A stretch of 62,008 nucleotides of DNA, taken from IMG/VR virus record IMGVR_UViG_3300023184_000001, positions 1 to 62,008 of that record, one strand, 5' to 3'. Below are positions 17,473 to 26,984 of this stretch, piece after piece. The notes below the pieces were generated by a model, which was given only the letters and a program-made list of their open reading frames with translations, had not been told where the DNA came from and made no database searches. The translations under genes and the position numbers were made by a program. This DNA is from a virus. Taxonomy: Duplodnaviria; Caudoviricetes. The first letter of the stretch is position 1, and each line of letters begins with the position of its first letter.

Positions 17473-18675
17473 ATGCAAGCAGAACGTAAATTGCAGAAGG
17501 CGAAGATTGCCTTGATGCGCAACAAGAACTTTGCCCTGTTGCAAGGTGTGATGATGATCGGCAAGACGAGCGTGGACGACAAGACGCCGACTGCCCGTAC
17601 TAACGGACGGGATGAGATTTACGGGCGCGAGTTCGTGACCAAGCTGCGTGACCAAGAGCTTTGCTTTGTGATTGCCCACGAGGCAGGGCACAAGATGTAT
17701 CGGCACCTGACCACATGGCGCAAGCTGCACGACGAGGATCACCAGCTAGCCAACATCGCCTGTGACCACGTGATCAACCTGATGCTCAGGGAGTTGGACC
17801 CCAGCGGGACGGTGATCTCCATGCCTGTGTACACAGACGGTCCGCACAAGGGCAAGCAGATGGGCATGTGCGACACACGGTTCAAGAACATGAACTCCAA
17901 GCAGGTGTTCGACATACTCAAGGAGGAGAAAGAGGAGGGTGGTCCCGGGGGTTCCGGTGATGGTGGTATTGACGAGCACGATTGGGGCGGTGCTAACGAC
18001 ATGACCGACGAGGAGAAGCGCGAGTTGGTGCGGGACATTGACCAAGCTATACGGCAGGGGTTGATGGCGCACAACAAGCAGGTGGGCGAGGGTGCGGGTG
18101 GACTAGACCGTGAGTTGCAGGAGTTGCTTACGCCCAAGGTCAACTGGCGGGAGGTGCTGCGTGACTACGTGAAGTCCATGTGTCACAGCAAGGACGCGAG
18201 TAGCTGGCGCAGGGTTAACCGTAGGTTCCTATCCACAGGTGTTTACATGCCCTCGATGATCGGTGAGAAGGTAGGTCATCTGGTGGTTGCGATAGACACA
18301 TCAGGCTCTATCGGGCAGGCTGAGTTGTCCGAGTTTCTGTCTGAGGTCAAGGGTATCGCCGAGGAGGTTAGCCCCGAGCTTGTGGACTTGATCTATTGGG
18401 ACAGCAAGGTGGCTGCACATGAGACGTACACGGAGTCCGAGGTGCCTAACATTGTTAGCTCTACCAAGCCACGAGGGGGTGGGGGTACTAGCCCAAGCTG
18501 CGTGTCGGACTACCTGAAGAAGGAGCAGATCGTGCCTCAGTGCGTGATCGTCCTGACTGATGGGTACGTGGGTGGCGACTGGGGTAACGACTGGACTGCG
18601 CCTGTTATGTGGGCCATCGTAGGAGGTAACGATGTGGTGGCACCGAACGGCAAGACGATTCATATCAAAGACTAA
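17473..18675 (+). CDS. Metallopeptidase (HExxH) plus vWA domain protein (DUF2201-like)
   Basis: TARTNG..IAHEAGH N-terminal domain; AIDTSGS MIDAS, GGGGT and VLTDG vWA motifs; GAGGAG RBS. Confidence 0.85.
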   Translation: MQAERKLQKAKIALMRNKNFALLQGVMMIGKTSVDDKTPTARTNGRDEIYGREFVTKLRDQELCFVIAHEAGHKMYRHLTTWRKLHDEDHQLANIACDHVINLMLRELDPSGTVISMPVYTDGPHKGKQMGMCDTRFKNMNSKQVFDILKEEKEEGGPGGSGDGGIDEHDWGGANDMTDEEKRELVRDIDQAIRQGLMAHNKQVGEGAGGLDRELQELLTPKVNWREVLRDYVKSMCHSKDASSWRRVNRRFLSTGVYMPSMIGEKVGHLVVAIDTSGSIGQAELSEFLSEVKGIAEEVSPELVDLIYWDSKVAAHETYTESEVPNIVSSTKPRGGGGTSPSCVSDYLKKEQIVPQCVIVLTDGYVGGDWGNDWTAPVMWAIVGGNDVVAPNGKTIHIKD

Positions 18676-18685
18676 GGAGAACGAC

Positions 18686-18922
18686 ATGATGGTTATGGAG
18701 CTTGGATACAACAGCATAGTGCTACCGGTCAAGGATGCCTTGGTAGTAGCTGAGATCATGCAACGTGCGGAGAAGTACGAGAAGAAATACAACCGTGGGG
18801 ACGATGGCAATAACAACTACACCTACCACGTGTGGGTTAACCCCGATGAGGTGGTGATGAAGCTCATCAGCGATGACATCTACCGTGTGGCGAAGCTAGC
18901 GGGTAAACCGGAAAAGAATTGA
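18686..18922 (+). CDS. Hypothetical protein
   Basis: AAGGAG RBS, 78 aa. Confidence 0.65.
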   Translation: MMVMELGYNSIVLPVKDALVVAEIMQRAEKYEKKYNRGDDGNNNYTYHVWVNPDEVVMKLISDDIYRVAKLAGKPEKN

Positions 18923-18946
18923 GTAACCAACCAAAGGAGAAATGAA

Positions 18947-19798
18947 ATGAGTATTAGTGCATCAGCAGTGTTAGTGGAACTGAATATTAGTGTGTGGCCT
19001 GCGTCGAAGATCGACCGGGAGACAACTGAACTAACCAATACAAACGCAGGGGCAGTGCGTGACGCATCGCAGACCAAGAAGAACCTGTTCGCAGGCACCA
19101 GCATCCGCAAGGACATTGAGAAGTTCGCGGCTCGGGCTCGGCTGTACCACAACCTGCACACGTTGCCGTGGGCAGACAAGGGTGAGCGCATGTTGCCGAC
19201 CAAGTTGTTCATGGAGTACAAGCAGACGATGAATGGGTTTGAGAAGACGTTCAGCATGATGTGCAACAACTTCTTCATCGAGTACCCGCGTCTGGTGATA
19301 GAAGCACCTACCAACCTAGGTGCAATGTACAAGGCGGGTGATTACCCTGATATCGAAGAAGTCAAGCAAAAGTTTGGGTTCCGTCGATCAGTCAACCCTA
19401 TGCCCGACTCCGGCGACTTTCGCTTGGACATACCAGCAGAGGACTTGGATGATGTGCGAGCAGAGTTCCGCGACAAGTTCGACGAGCGGCTGAAGGAAGC
19501 TATGCGTGCGCCGTGGGACAAGCTGCACTCAGTGCTGCTAGGTGTATCTGAAAAGCTGAAGGAAGGTAACGATGGAGACAAGAAGCGGTACCACGACTCG
19601 CTGCTGACCAACCCGCTGGAGTTGTGTGCCCTGCTGACTAAGCTCAACGTGACCAACGACCCCATGCTGGAAGAGGCACGCAGACAGGTGGAGCTAACAA
19701 TGTTAGGGGCTAACTTGGAAAGCATCAAGGAAGACGCTGGCTCGCGTGGCGACCTGAAGTCCAAGGTTGACTCCATCCTCGGCAAATTCAACTGGTAG
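18947..19798 (+). CDS. DUF3150-like protein
   Basis: AVLVELNISVW...KK.LF...HTLPW helical protein next to the AAA/vWA pair. Confidence 0.55.
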   Translation: MSISASAVLVELNISVWPASKIDRETTELTNTNAGAVRDASQTKKNLFAGTSIRKDIEKFAARARLYHNLHTLPWADKGERMLPTKLFMEYKQTMNGFEKTFSMMCNNFFIEYPRLVIEAPTNLGAMYKAGDYPDIEEVKQKFGFRRSVNPMPDSGDFRLDIPAEDLDDVRAEFRDKFDERLKEAMRAPWDKLHSVLLGVSEKLKEGNDGDKKRYHDSLLTNPLELCALLTKLNVTNDPMLEEARRQVELTMLGANLESIKEDAGSRGDLKSKVDSILGKFNW

Positions 19799-19808
19799 GG
19801 AGAAACAC

Positions 19809-20669
19809 ATGAACGCAATGGAATTACCTAACGTACACCCAACGGAGGACGAGTCTGCCGAGTGGGTGGTAATTAGCGTACTGGCTCCGGTCATATGGGA
19901 ACTGGCAAGCAAAAACCCGCTGTGGGTTTTCAAGGCAACAAAGTACCGCATGAATGCAGGCCAGTACTTAGCAACCCACTTCTCAGTGCACTACAACTAC
20001 GAATTGCTGGGCACAATCGTTGGGGGTTACATAAGCCACAGATTTGGGAACGGAATTATTATATCCAACGAACGAATAGTAGAGGGCATGAAACGGTCTT
20101 CAGAGGGGTACAAAACTATTAACCCTACCAAAGCCATAGCAAAAGTTAAGTCAATGTTCAAGCCCAAGTCTAGTTCAGAAATTGTGGCTAAAGCGTATGA
20201 ACTAGCAACCCAAATTGGGAACACAGAACATCGCGCTAAAAATCGGGAGGTTGAAACGCTAAAGCTCAAACACAGGGACGCAGTTATAGCCTTTGCAATG
20301 TCCCCAGCAGGGCAAGAGTTGTTCCTAGATTACGTAAAGCAAAACAACATACCGGATGTCGTACGCAACATGCACATGGCGGAAACTAAGGGGGTAGAAC
20401 TGTCTACTATCGAAGACATTAGAACAGCCATAGGGACGGACAGAAGCGCCCTAGTCATCGTAGATGCGGGTAAGTACCTAGTCAAAACAGGTGACAATGT
20501 GCAACTTTATGACGACAATACGCTCCCGGCTTTCATACGAAGCAAGCTGGGGCTACTCAAGTTGGTGAACCCAAAACAGTTCGTTACCGACATTGGGTGC
20601 AGGGCGAGCAATGAGATTTTTGTAATCAAGCTAGACAAAACCACTAAAACCGAAGGAGAAAACGAGTGA
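19809..20669 (+). CDS. Hypothetical protein
   Basis: 286 aa, GGGAG RBS. Confidence 0.7.
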   Translation: MNAMELPNVHPTEDESAEWVVISVLAPVIWELASKNPLWVFKATKYRMNAGQYLATHFSVHYNYELLGTIVGGYISHRFGNGIIISNERIVEGMKRSSEGYKTINPTKAIAKVKSMFKPKSSSEIVAKAYELATQIGNTEHRAKNREVETLKLKHRDAVIAFAMSPAGQELFLDYVKQNNIPDVVRNMHMAETKGVELSTIEDIRTAIGTDRSALVIVDAGKYLVKTGDNVQLYDDNTLPAFIRSKLGLLKLVNPKQFVTDIGCRASNEIFVIKLDKTTKTEGENE

Positions 20670-23600
20670 TCGCACTTATCAAGAACTATTTACGCAAACC
20701 CACGCCGCTGGAGATGGTTGCTAGGGAGTTGGCTGTCGCACACTTGTGCAAGCTAGAGGCAGAGACAGCGGTGGACTACGCCGTGAGTGTCGTGCGCTAC
20801 AACGACACACGCATCAAGAGGCTGGAGCAACACATCAACAACCACAAGGAGCAGGTATGAGTGACACCAAGGAGATGGTATTGCTGGTCAGCAATCTGCT
20901 GGTGCAGCAAGCGATTGAGTCACGGGCTAGAAAGCCTGAGTCAGTGTGGCTCCCTCATTCGTTTGAGGAGGCCGAGGCCAATGCGAACTTGTTCGCAAAG
21001 ACACAACTACCTATGACAGACCCCGAACGCAAGCGTAACTTGATACGTGCGTACGACCGAGTAAAACAATCAAGGGAGACATACCATGTATGACGATGGA
21101 GACTATGGTGGCATCGACGAGTTCATGTACTGGGTGACGCTTGTCATTCTTTTTCTGATGACGACTGTCTTTCTGGGCGCGGTGGCTGGACTTATGTATT
21201 GGACATTGATATGAAACACACACCAGCACCTTGGGTTAGCAGGGGGGCGTCAATACGCCCAGCAAAAGGCCCCGGCAGTACAGGAGGGTACAGACCTTTG
21301 GCATCGGCGCAGCACGACAAGCGCCTGCCTGACAACCGCCTTGAAAACGCAAGGATGATTGCTGCTGCCCCCGAACTATATGAAGCTCTTGCATGGCTGA
21401 TGCGACAAGTACCAGAGCCAAGCCTCAAGGGTGAGTACACAACGGGCTACCTTGCTTGCAAAGTTGTATTGCACAAAGCTATAAACGGAGAAGGGGTAGG
21501 AGCATGAACACCGAAGAAGATGAGTTTCGAAGGATCGAACGTGAGGCTTTGCGCCGAGCAGCGAGGGACGAGGATGATGACACACAGGTTTACAAGAAGC
21601 CGTGGGTAGGGCTGACGGAGGAGGAAATTCAAGAACTTAGGCTTAGGACTTTTGATGCAATTGCAACAAACTACGAAATTTACCGAGCCATTGAAGCCAA
21701 GCTGAAGGAGCGCAACACATGACTAAAGATGAAATCATCCTCATGGCAGACGCCTCCGGGTTGTCTTATTACGGCATGGGTAAAGACAGGGATAAATTTC
21801 TGCACTACCTTGAAGCCTTTGCCGATCTTGTCGCTGCTGCTGAGCGTGAGGCGTGTGCAAAGTTGCGTGACACGCTTCATCCATTTGATTTACATAGCCG
21901 ATCTGAGATGCTTGGCGTTATGAACCAAGGTCTTGATGACTACCAAAATTTAATCCGAGCAAGGGGAAACACATGACTGACTTAAGACAAGCCGCGCAGC
22001 AGGCGCTGGAGGCGCTAGAGAATATTGACAGAGCAATGCCATTTCCTGTGGCTAAGTTGGCTCAATCCGCCATTAAAGAAGCCTTGGCACAGCCAGAGCA
22101 GGAGCCAGATCGCCGATCTTTGCAAGCCGCAGGAACCCACCCAGCACCCTGCGCTCGTCACTGCGAAAGTAAGGCATATGAAATTGAGATTCGTTCGCTG
22201 AAATCTGCGCTAAAGCAGCAGCAGCAAGCCGAGCCAGAGCAGGAGCCTGTGGCGTGGGGAGTGTTTGAGGGCAATCTGCACGATATGTTTTTTACGCAAG
22301 AGGAAGCGCAGGAAATGGCTGCTTTAAAAGGAACTCATGCCAAAGTGCGGCCCCTCTACACCGCACCAACACAGCGCCCGTGGCAGGGTCTGACGGATGA
22401 TGAGATAAAAGAAATCGTTGGGCCGTGGGGCGACACACCCATCAAGGGGTACACCCGCAAAATGTTTGACAAAATTGAAGTTAAGTTACGGGAGAAAAAT
22501 CAATGAACAAAGAAACCCAAAGAATCATGGAAGCACTGATGCTGATATACGGCAGTGACTTGCAAGCCGCAACAATCACTGTGCTACTCAAAGATGGCGA
22601 CACTGCTGTGCGTTTTATTACATTAACCATTCCACAGAAGGAGACAGAGAAATGATTTACACAAGATTTCACGCAGACGTATGGTTTCTACTACCAACAG
22701 TTGCTATTGGCCGTGGCGATAAGCTATGGGCTGAACTGGCTTGGTTTGGTGTGGCTGTCGGGATAAAGAAAGGTGGGTGGCGTAAATGACTGAACGAGTA
22801 TTGACAGACAACAACGGCAGCAAGTACATCACGACTGAGCCACTCTACACCGCCCCACCACCATGCCCAACGTGCGAAGCATTGGCGCGAACCGTGATGC
22901 TTGACCAGACATCGCACGACAACTTCAAACCAGACTGGGATGCAATGGCAGTCATGGTTGAGGAGCAGCAGCGCATGGCAAAGCGCATTGAAGACTTAGA
23001 AACAATGCTGGAGCGACAAACAGCCCGCATCGTTGACTTGCAAGAACACATTGAAAACTTTGATGGAGAAGACAGATGAACGATTTATTTAAGCCGCATC
23101 AATGCCCACGATGCTTTGGTCTATTTAAGGTGGGAGATAGGTTTTGGAATGACTCAGGAACTGTTTATCACTGGATTTGCTGGGTAAATAAATCAAAGGA
23201 GAAAACCAATGACACTAACTGAAGAACAAATTTGGAAGTGCAACCAAACCATCAACTATGAAAATGGCGAAGTTGTAGACGGTGTTCACATTTGCGTTGC
23301 CCATCAAAACGTGGTGGACTTTGCACGTTCAATTGAGCGAGAGATTGGGTTTGACAGGGCTGAGCTTTGGATCAAGCGCATCAATGATGCTGTGCTTGCC
23401 GAGCGAGAAGCCTGCGCTAAAGTGTGTGAAGATGCCTCGGGAACAGGAAAAGTAATTAGCTGTATGAGCGCAGCCGCCGCCATTCGAGCAAGGGGAGAAA
23501 AATCATGACTGATGATGACTACGACGCCTTGAGTCAAAGACATTTGGCATCAATTAAACGCGATATGCGGATAAGCCTTGAAGACGCAGCGGTTCGCGCT

Positions 23601-24028
23601 ACGCACAAAGTGATGGCTGAATTAGAGACAGAGCAAGACTGCGTAGGTTGGTTTGGCTACGACACAGGGTTGCGTCTTTGGTTTGAAACAAACAAAGGTG
23701 ACGATGGTGCTATCCCGCTGTACAAAAACTCACCACAGCGCCCGTGGGTAGGGCTGACGGATGAGGAACTGTTCGAGTTGAGCGCTTCGGGCTTGGCCTT
23801 GTGGGCCTTGTGGCGCGGCATCGAAGCCAAACTCAAGGAGCGCAACACATGACCCAACCAAATAAACAGCACATACACGAACGCCTTGGCATGTCCGTGG
23901 AGGAGGCACTCAACCGTTTAATTTCGTTTGGGCAGCTTAACCACAAGTACAAGCAAGAACACGGCGAGAGCATTAACCCGCAGCACCTTGATGCTGTGCT
24001 TAACGCTACCAAGGAGAAGAACGCTTGA
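20666..24028 (+). CDS. Array of about 14 small overlapping accessory ORFs (e.g. 20666-20860, 20857-21093, 21086-21214 TM, 21211-21507, 21504-21722, 21719-21976, 21973-22506, 22503-22655, 22652-22789, 22786-23079, 23209-23508, 23505-23852, 23849-24028)
   Basis: ATGA coupling; shared modules PWVGLTDEE..IEAKLKERN and AEREACAK..IRARG. Confidence 0.7.
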
Positions 24029-24234
24029 GATGCCCCATCTGCAATGCACAGACTGATGTAAAAGACTCACGAACACGAAAGGAAACCAACAGTGTTATCA
24101 GAAAACGTAAATGCTTCAATGACCACACCTTCCAAACGGAAGAAAAAGCCAATCAACTTCTACGACCCATTCCAAAGGGTAGACCCGAAACTGCTGGAGC
24201 AGATGTACCGAGCAGCACAAAAGGAAAAGCGTAA
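24025..24234 (+). CDS. NrdR-N-like zinc-ribbon protein
   Basis: MRCPIC....VKDSR.....IRKRKC...HTFQTEE resembles the NrdR N-terminal zinc ribbon; no ATP-cone. Confidence 0.6.
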   Translation: MRCPICNAQTDVKDSRTRKETNSVIRKRKCFNDHTFQTEEKANQLLRPIPKGRPETAGADVPSSTKGKA

Positions 24235-24255
24235 AGAGCTACCAGAGGCACTACT

Positions 24256-24462
24256 ATGACAACCGGAATTGAATTCTTAAAGCTACCAAAAAAACGCACG
24301 GGGCGAGGCCCCAACAAGAAGCCTACCTTGGTCAGTGTCAGCTTGCGTATTCCTCATGAGGTGCTGGACTATTTCACGACGCAGTACCCGTACACAAAGC
24401 AGGCGAAGATACGTGAAGCCCTTGTTGCGTTCGTCAAAAAAGAGAAAGGAAAAGACAAATGA
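24256..24462 (+). CDS. Ribbon-helix-helix / BrnA-like DNA-binding protein
   Basis: GRGP.KKP....VSLRIPHEVLDYF......QAKIREAL. Confidence 0.55.
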   Translation: MTTGIEFLKLPKKRTGRGPNKKPTLVSVSLRIPHEVLDYFTTQYPYTKQAKIREALVAFVKKEKGKDK

Positions 24463-24674
24463 GCGATCCAGTAAATCACCCCGACCACTACAAGGTGGGG
24501 GGCATCGAGACCATTGACTTCATTGAGGCTAAGCAACTGACGTACAACATTGGCAACGTGGTCAAGTACATCACTCGTGCCGACCACAAAGGCAATCAGT
24601 TGCAGGACTTGCAGAAGGCGCAGTGGTATCTGGCCCGAGAGATACAGCGCATCGAAAAGACCGCAGCAGCCTAA
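24459..24674 (+). CDS. DUF3310 protein (T7 gp1.7-like nucleotide kinase family)
   Basis: DPVNHPDHY..GGIETIDFI...GNVVKYI.RA.HKG...DLQKAQWYL. Confidence 0.85.
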   Translation: MSDPVNHPDHYKVGGIETIDFIEAKQLTYNIGNVVKYITRADHKGNQLQDLQKAQWYLAREIQRIEKTAAA

Positions 24675-24693
24675 CATTGTTAGGGTAAACACC

Positions 24694-24755
24694 AACCCGT
24701 TTCGACGGGTTTTTTTACGTCTGTGCTTGTACAAAGTCAAATGTTGTGGTACATT
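24694..24755 (+). promoter_or_regulatory. Terminator (AACCCGT-TTCG-ACGGGTT-T run) followed by promoter TTGTAC-17-TACATT
   Basis: Separates the accessory block from the replication operon. Confidence 0.65.
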
Positions 24756-24782
24756 AGGCTCCATAAACGACTGGAGTGTTAG

Positions 24783-25079
24783 ATGGCAACAACCCCCGAG
24801 ACCAAGGTCAAGGCAAAGATCAAGGGCATCCTCAAAGCCCACAATGTTTACTACGCTATGCCAATAGGCACCGGCTACGGTAACTCAGGCGTCCCCGATT
24901 TCCTCTGCTGCGTTAACGGCCACTTCCTAGGCATCGAAGCCAAGGCAGGCAAAGGCACGACGACTGCACTGCAGGATAAGAACATCCAGCAGATCAAGGA
25001 TGCCGGGGGCACAGCAACGGTAGTCAACGAAGACACGCTTGCCTACCTAGAACAACTAATACAAATGATGAAAACATGA
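24783..25079 (+). CDS. VRR-NUC domain nuclease
   Basis: PE..VK...GVPD....G.F.GIEAKA......LQ PD-(D/E)XK pattern. Confidence 0.85.
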   Translation: MATTPETKVKAKIKGILKAHNVYYAMPIGTGYGNSGVPDFLCCVNGHFLGIEAKAGKGTTTALQDKNIQQIKDAGGTATVVNEDTLAYLEQLIQMMKT

Positions 25080-26365
25080 AAATTCTCGCTTTGGATTTCG
25101 AATCCTATTACTCACAAGAGTTCAGCCTCACCAAGATGACCAATGAGGAGTACGTGCGCTCCTTTGATTTTGAGGTCATTGGTGTGTCGGTGCAGGTAGA
25201 TGACGGCGAGCCCGAGTGGTTTACCGGGGACATGATACAGACCGCTGTATTCCTGCGCAAGTTCGATTGGGAGAATAGCCTAGCCCTAGCTCACAATGCT
25301 GCGTTCGATGCGTCTATCCTTACGTGGATATTCGGTATCAAGCCGAAGGGCTGGTTGGACACGTTGTCGATGGGGCGTGCGCTGCACGGCACTGAGGTCG
25401 GTGGTAGCTTGGCTGTACTTGCAAAGCACTACGGGGTGGGCACTAAGGGCACTGAGGTAGTCACGGCGAAGGGGCTACGCCGTAAGGACTTTCCTAAGGA
25501 GCAGCTAGCAGAGTACGGCAAGTATTGCTGCAACGACACGGCCATAACCTATGCCCTGTTCCAAAAAATGGCCGAGAATTTCCCGCCGAGTGAGTTGCGA
25601 TTGATTGACCTGACCATACGCATGTTCTCGGAGCCCGTGCTGCAGTTGGACGAGGGGATTCTGACCGTGCACTTGGGTGAGGTTAGGCGCAAGAAGCAGG
25701 AGTTGCTGAGCAGGATGCTGATCGACAAGGATCAGTTGATGAGCAACAAACAGCTTGCGAAGGTGCTTGAGGGCTTTGGTGTGGTTGCGCCCATGAAGAT
25801 TAGCCCAGCTAACGGCAAACAGACCTACGCATTTTCTAAAACCGATGAGGAGTTTAAGGCGTTACTTGAGCATGACAACGTGACCGTGCAGGCCATCGTC
25901 GCTGCGCGGCTTGGGGTCAAGTCAACCATCGAGGAGACACGGACTGAGAGGTTTATTGGGATCGCCAAACGCGGTTCTATGCCAGTTCCCCTCCGCTACT
26001 ACGCTGCACACACAGGCCGATGGGGCGGTTGCTTAGTGGCCGACACTGAGGTAACGGTGTACAATACGGAAAACGAGGTAGAAGTTAAGCGCATCGTAGA
26101 TGTTTTGCTTGATGACCTAGTTTGGGACGGAGAAGAGTTTGTGCCCCACGAAGGTGTGGTGTTCAGCGGGTTCTCTGAAGTTATTAGCTGGGACGGTGTA
26201 ACAGGAACGGAAGATCATGTCGTATTCACAGACGCTGGGGAGATTAGCCTACGAAGCGCGATGCAGGGAGGCCACAAAATCGCGGTTGCGGGAAGCCCTA
26301 CCCAAAACAATGTGGACGCCGCTAGGAAGTCTGTACGTAACTACCAAGCAGAAAGTTTTGTGTGA
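25076..26365 (+). CDS. polA: DNA polymerase A N-terminal part (3'-5' exonuclease/thumb, 318 aa) fused to a split intein N-half (111 aa, from Cys at 26030)
   Basis: LDFESY, AHNAAFD, YCCND exonuclease motifs; HTGRWGG followed by CLVADTEV (intein block A) and GTEDHVVFT (block B TxxH); ends in a stop. Confidence 0.9.
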   Translation: MKILALDFESYYSQEFSLTKMTNEEYVRSFDFEVIGVSVQVDDGEPEWFTGDMIQTAVFLRKFDWENSLALAHNAAFDASILTWIFGIKPKGWLDTLSMGRALHGTEVGGSLAVLAKHYGVGTKGTEVVTAKGLRRKDFPKEQLAEYGKYCCNDTAITYALFQKMAENFPPSELRLIDLTIRMFSEPVLQLDEGILTVHLGEVRRKKQELLSRMLIDKDQLMSNKQLAKVLEGFGVVAPMKISPANGKQTYAFSKTDEEFKALLEHDNVTVQAIVAARLGVKSTIEETRTERFIGIAKRGSMPVPLRYYAAHTGRWGGCLVADTEVTVYNTENEVEVKRIVDVLLDDLVWDGEEFVPHEGVVFSGFSEVISWDGVTGTEDHVVFTDAGEISLRSAMQGGHKIAVAGSPTQNNVDAARKSVRNYQAESFV

Positions 26366-26984
26366 GTGTTGCTGCGGCAAGCAGTACGAGGTACGGGCGC
26401 GGGAGTTACTAGACGGCAAATCCATGAGTTGCCGTTCGTGTTCTTCCAAACTAAAAATGCTAAACCGCCCGATGGACGAACGAGTACGGATAGCCAAACT
26501 TGCGTCTGACGCGGCGCTCGCCGCTTTAACCACCAAGGCACATCCATACAGGGACAAATACGGAGTTGAGGAATATAGCGTAGTTAAAAGAACTATGGCA
26601 GGGGCCAAACAGCGGTGTTCCAACCCAAACTGTATAGGGTATTCGAACTACGGAGGTAGGGGTGTAGAGTTTAAGTTCCCCGCGCTAAAGCCCGCTATTG
26701 AATGGGTACTGGACAACTTAGGCGTAAGGCCAAGCCTGCTTCATTCCATAGATCGTATAGATAATAACCGAGGATACGAAGCGGGGAACTTACGGTGGGC
26801 TACTCGCGTGGAGCAAGCGCGAAATAAGCGAGTGTATAGGCGTACACAAAACGGCGAACGTATACGTGGGCTGAAAAAACAGCGCCCAGACCTTACCTAC
26901 GAGACCTTGCGGCTATGGATTACTCAAGGCGTCACTGATGATGAAATTTTAAACCGGAGGAAGTATGCTCGTACCAGTGTATGA
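26217..26984 (+). CDS. Free-standing HNH-type homing endonuclease between the intein halves (start 26217 or 26310)
   Basis: CECCCG..SCRSC; RC.NPN...Y.NYGGRG...SIDRIDNNRGYEAGNLRWAT..EQARN. Confidence 0.85.
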   Translation: MSYSQTLGRLAYEARCREATKSRLREALPKTMWTPLGSLYVTTKQKVLCECCCGKQYEVRARELLDGKSMSCRSCSSKLKMLNRPMDERVRIAKLASDAALAALTTKAHPYRDKYGVEEYSVVKRTMAGAKQRCSNPNCIGYSNYGGRGVEFKFPALKPAIEWVLDNLGVRPSLLHSIDRIDNNRGYEAGNLRWATRVEQARNKRVYRRTQNGERIRGLKKQRPDLTYETLRLWITQGVTDDEILNRRKYARTSV

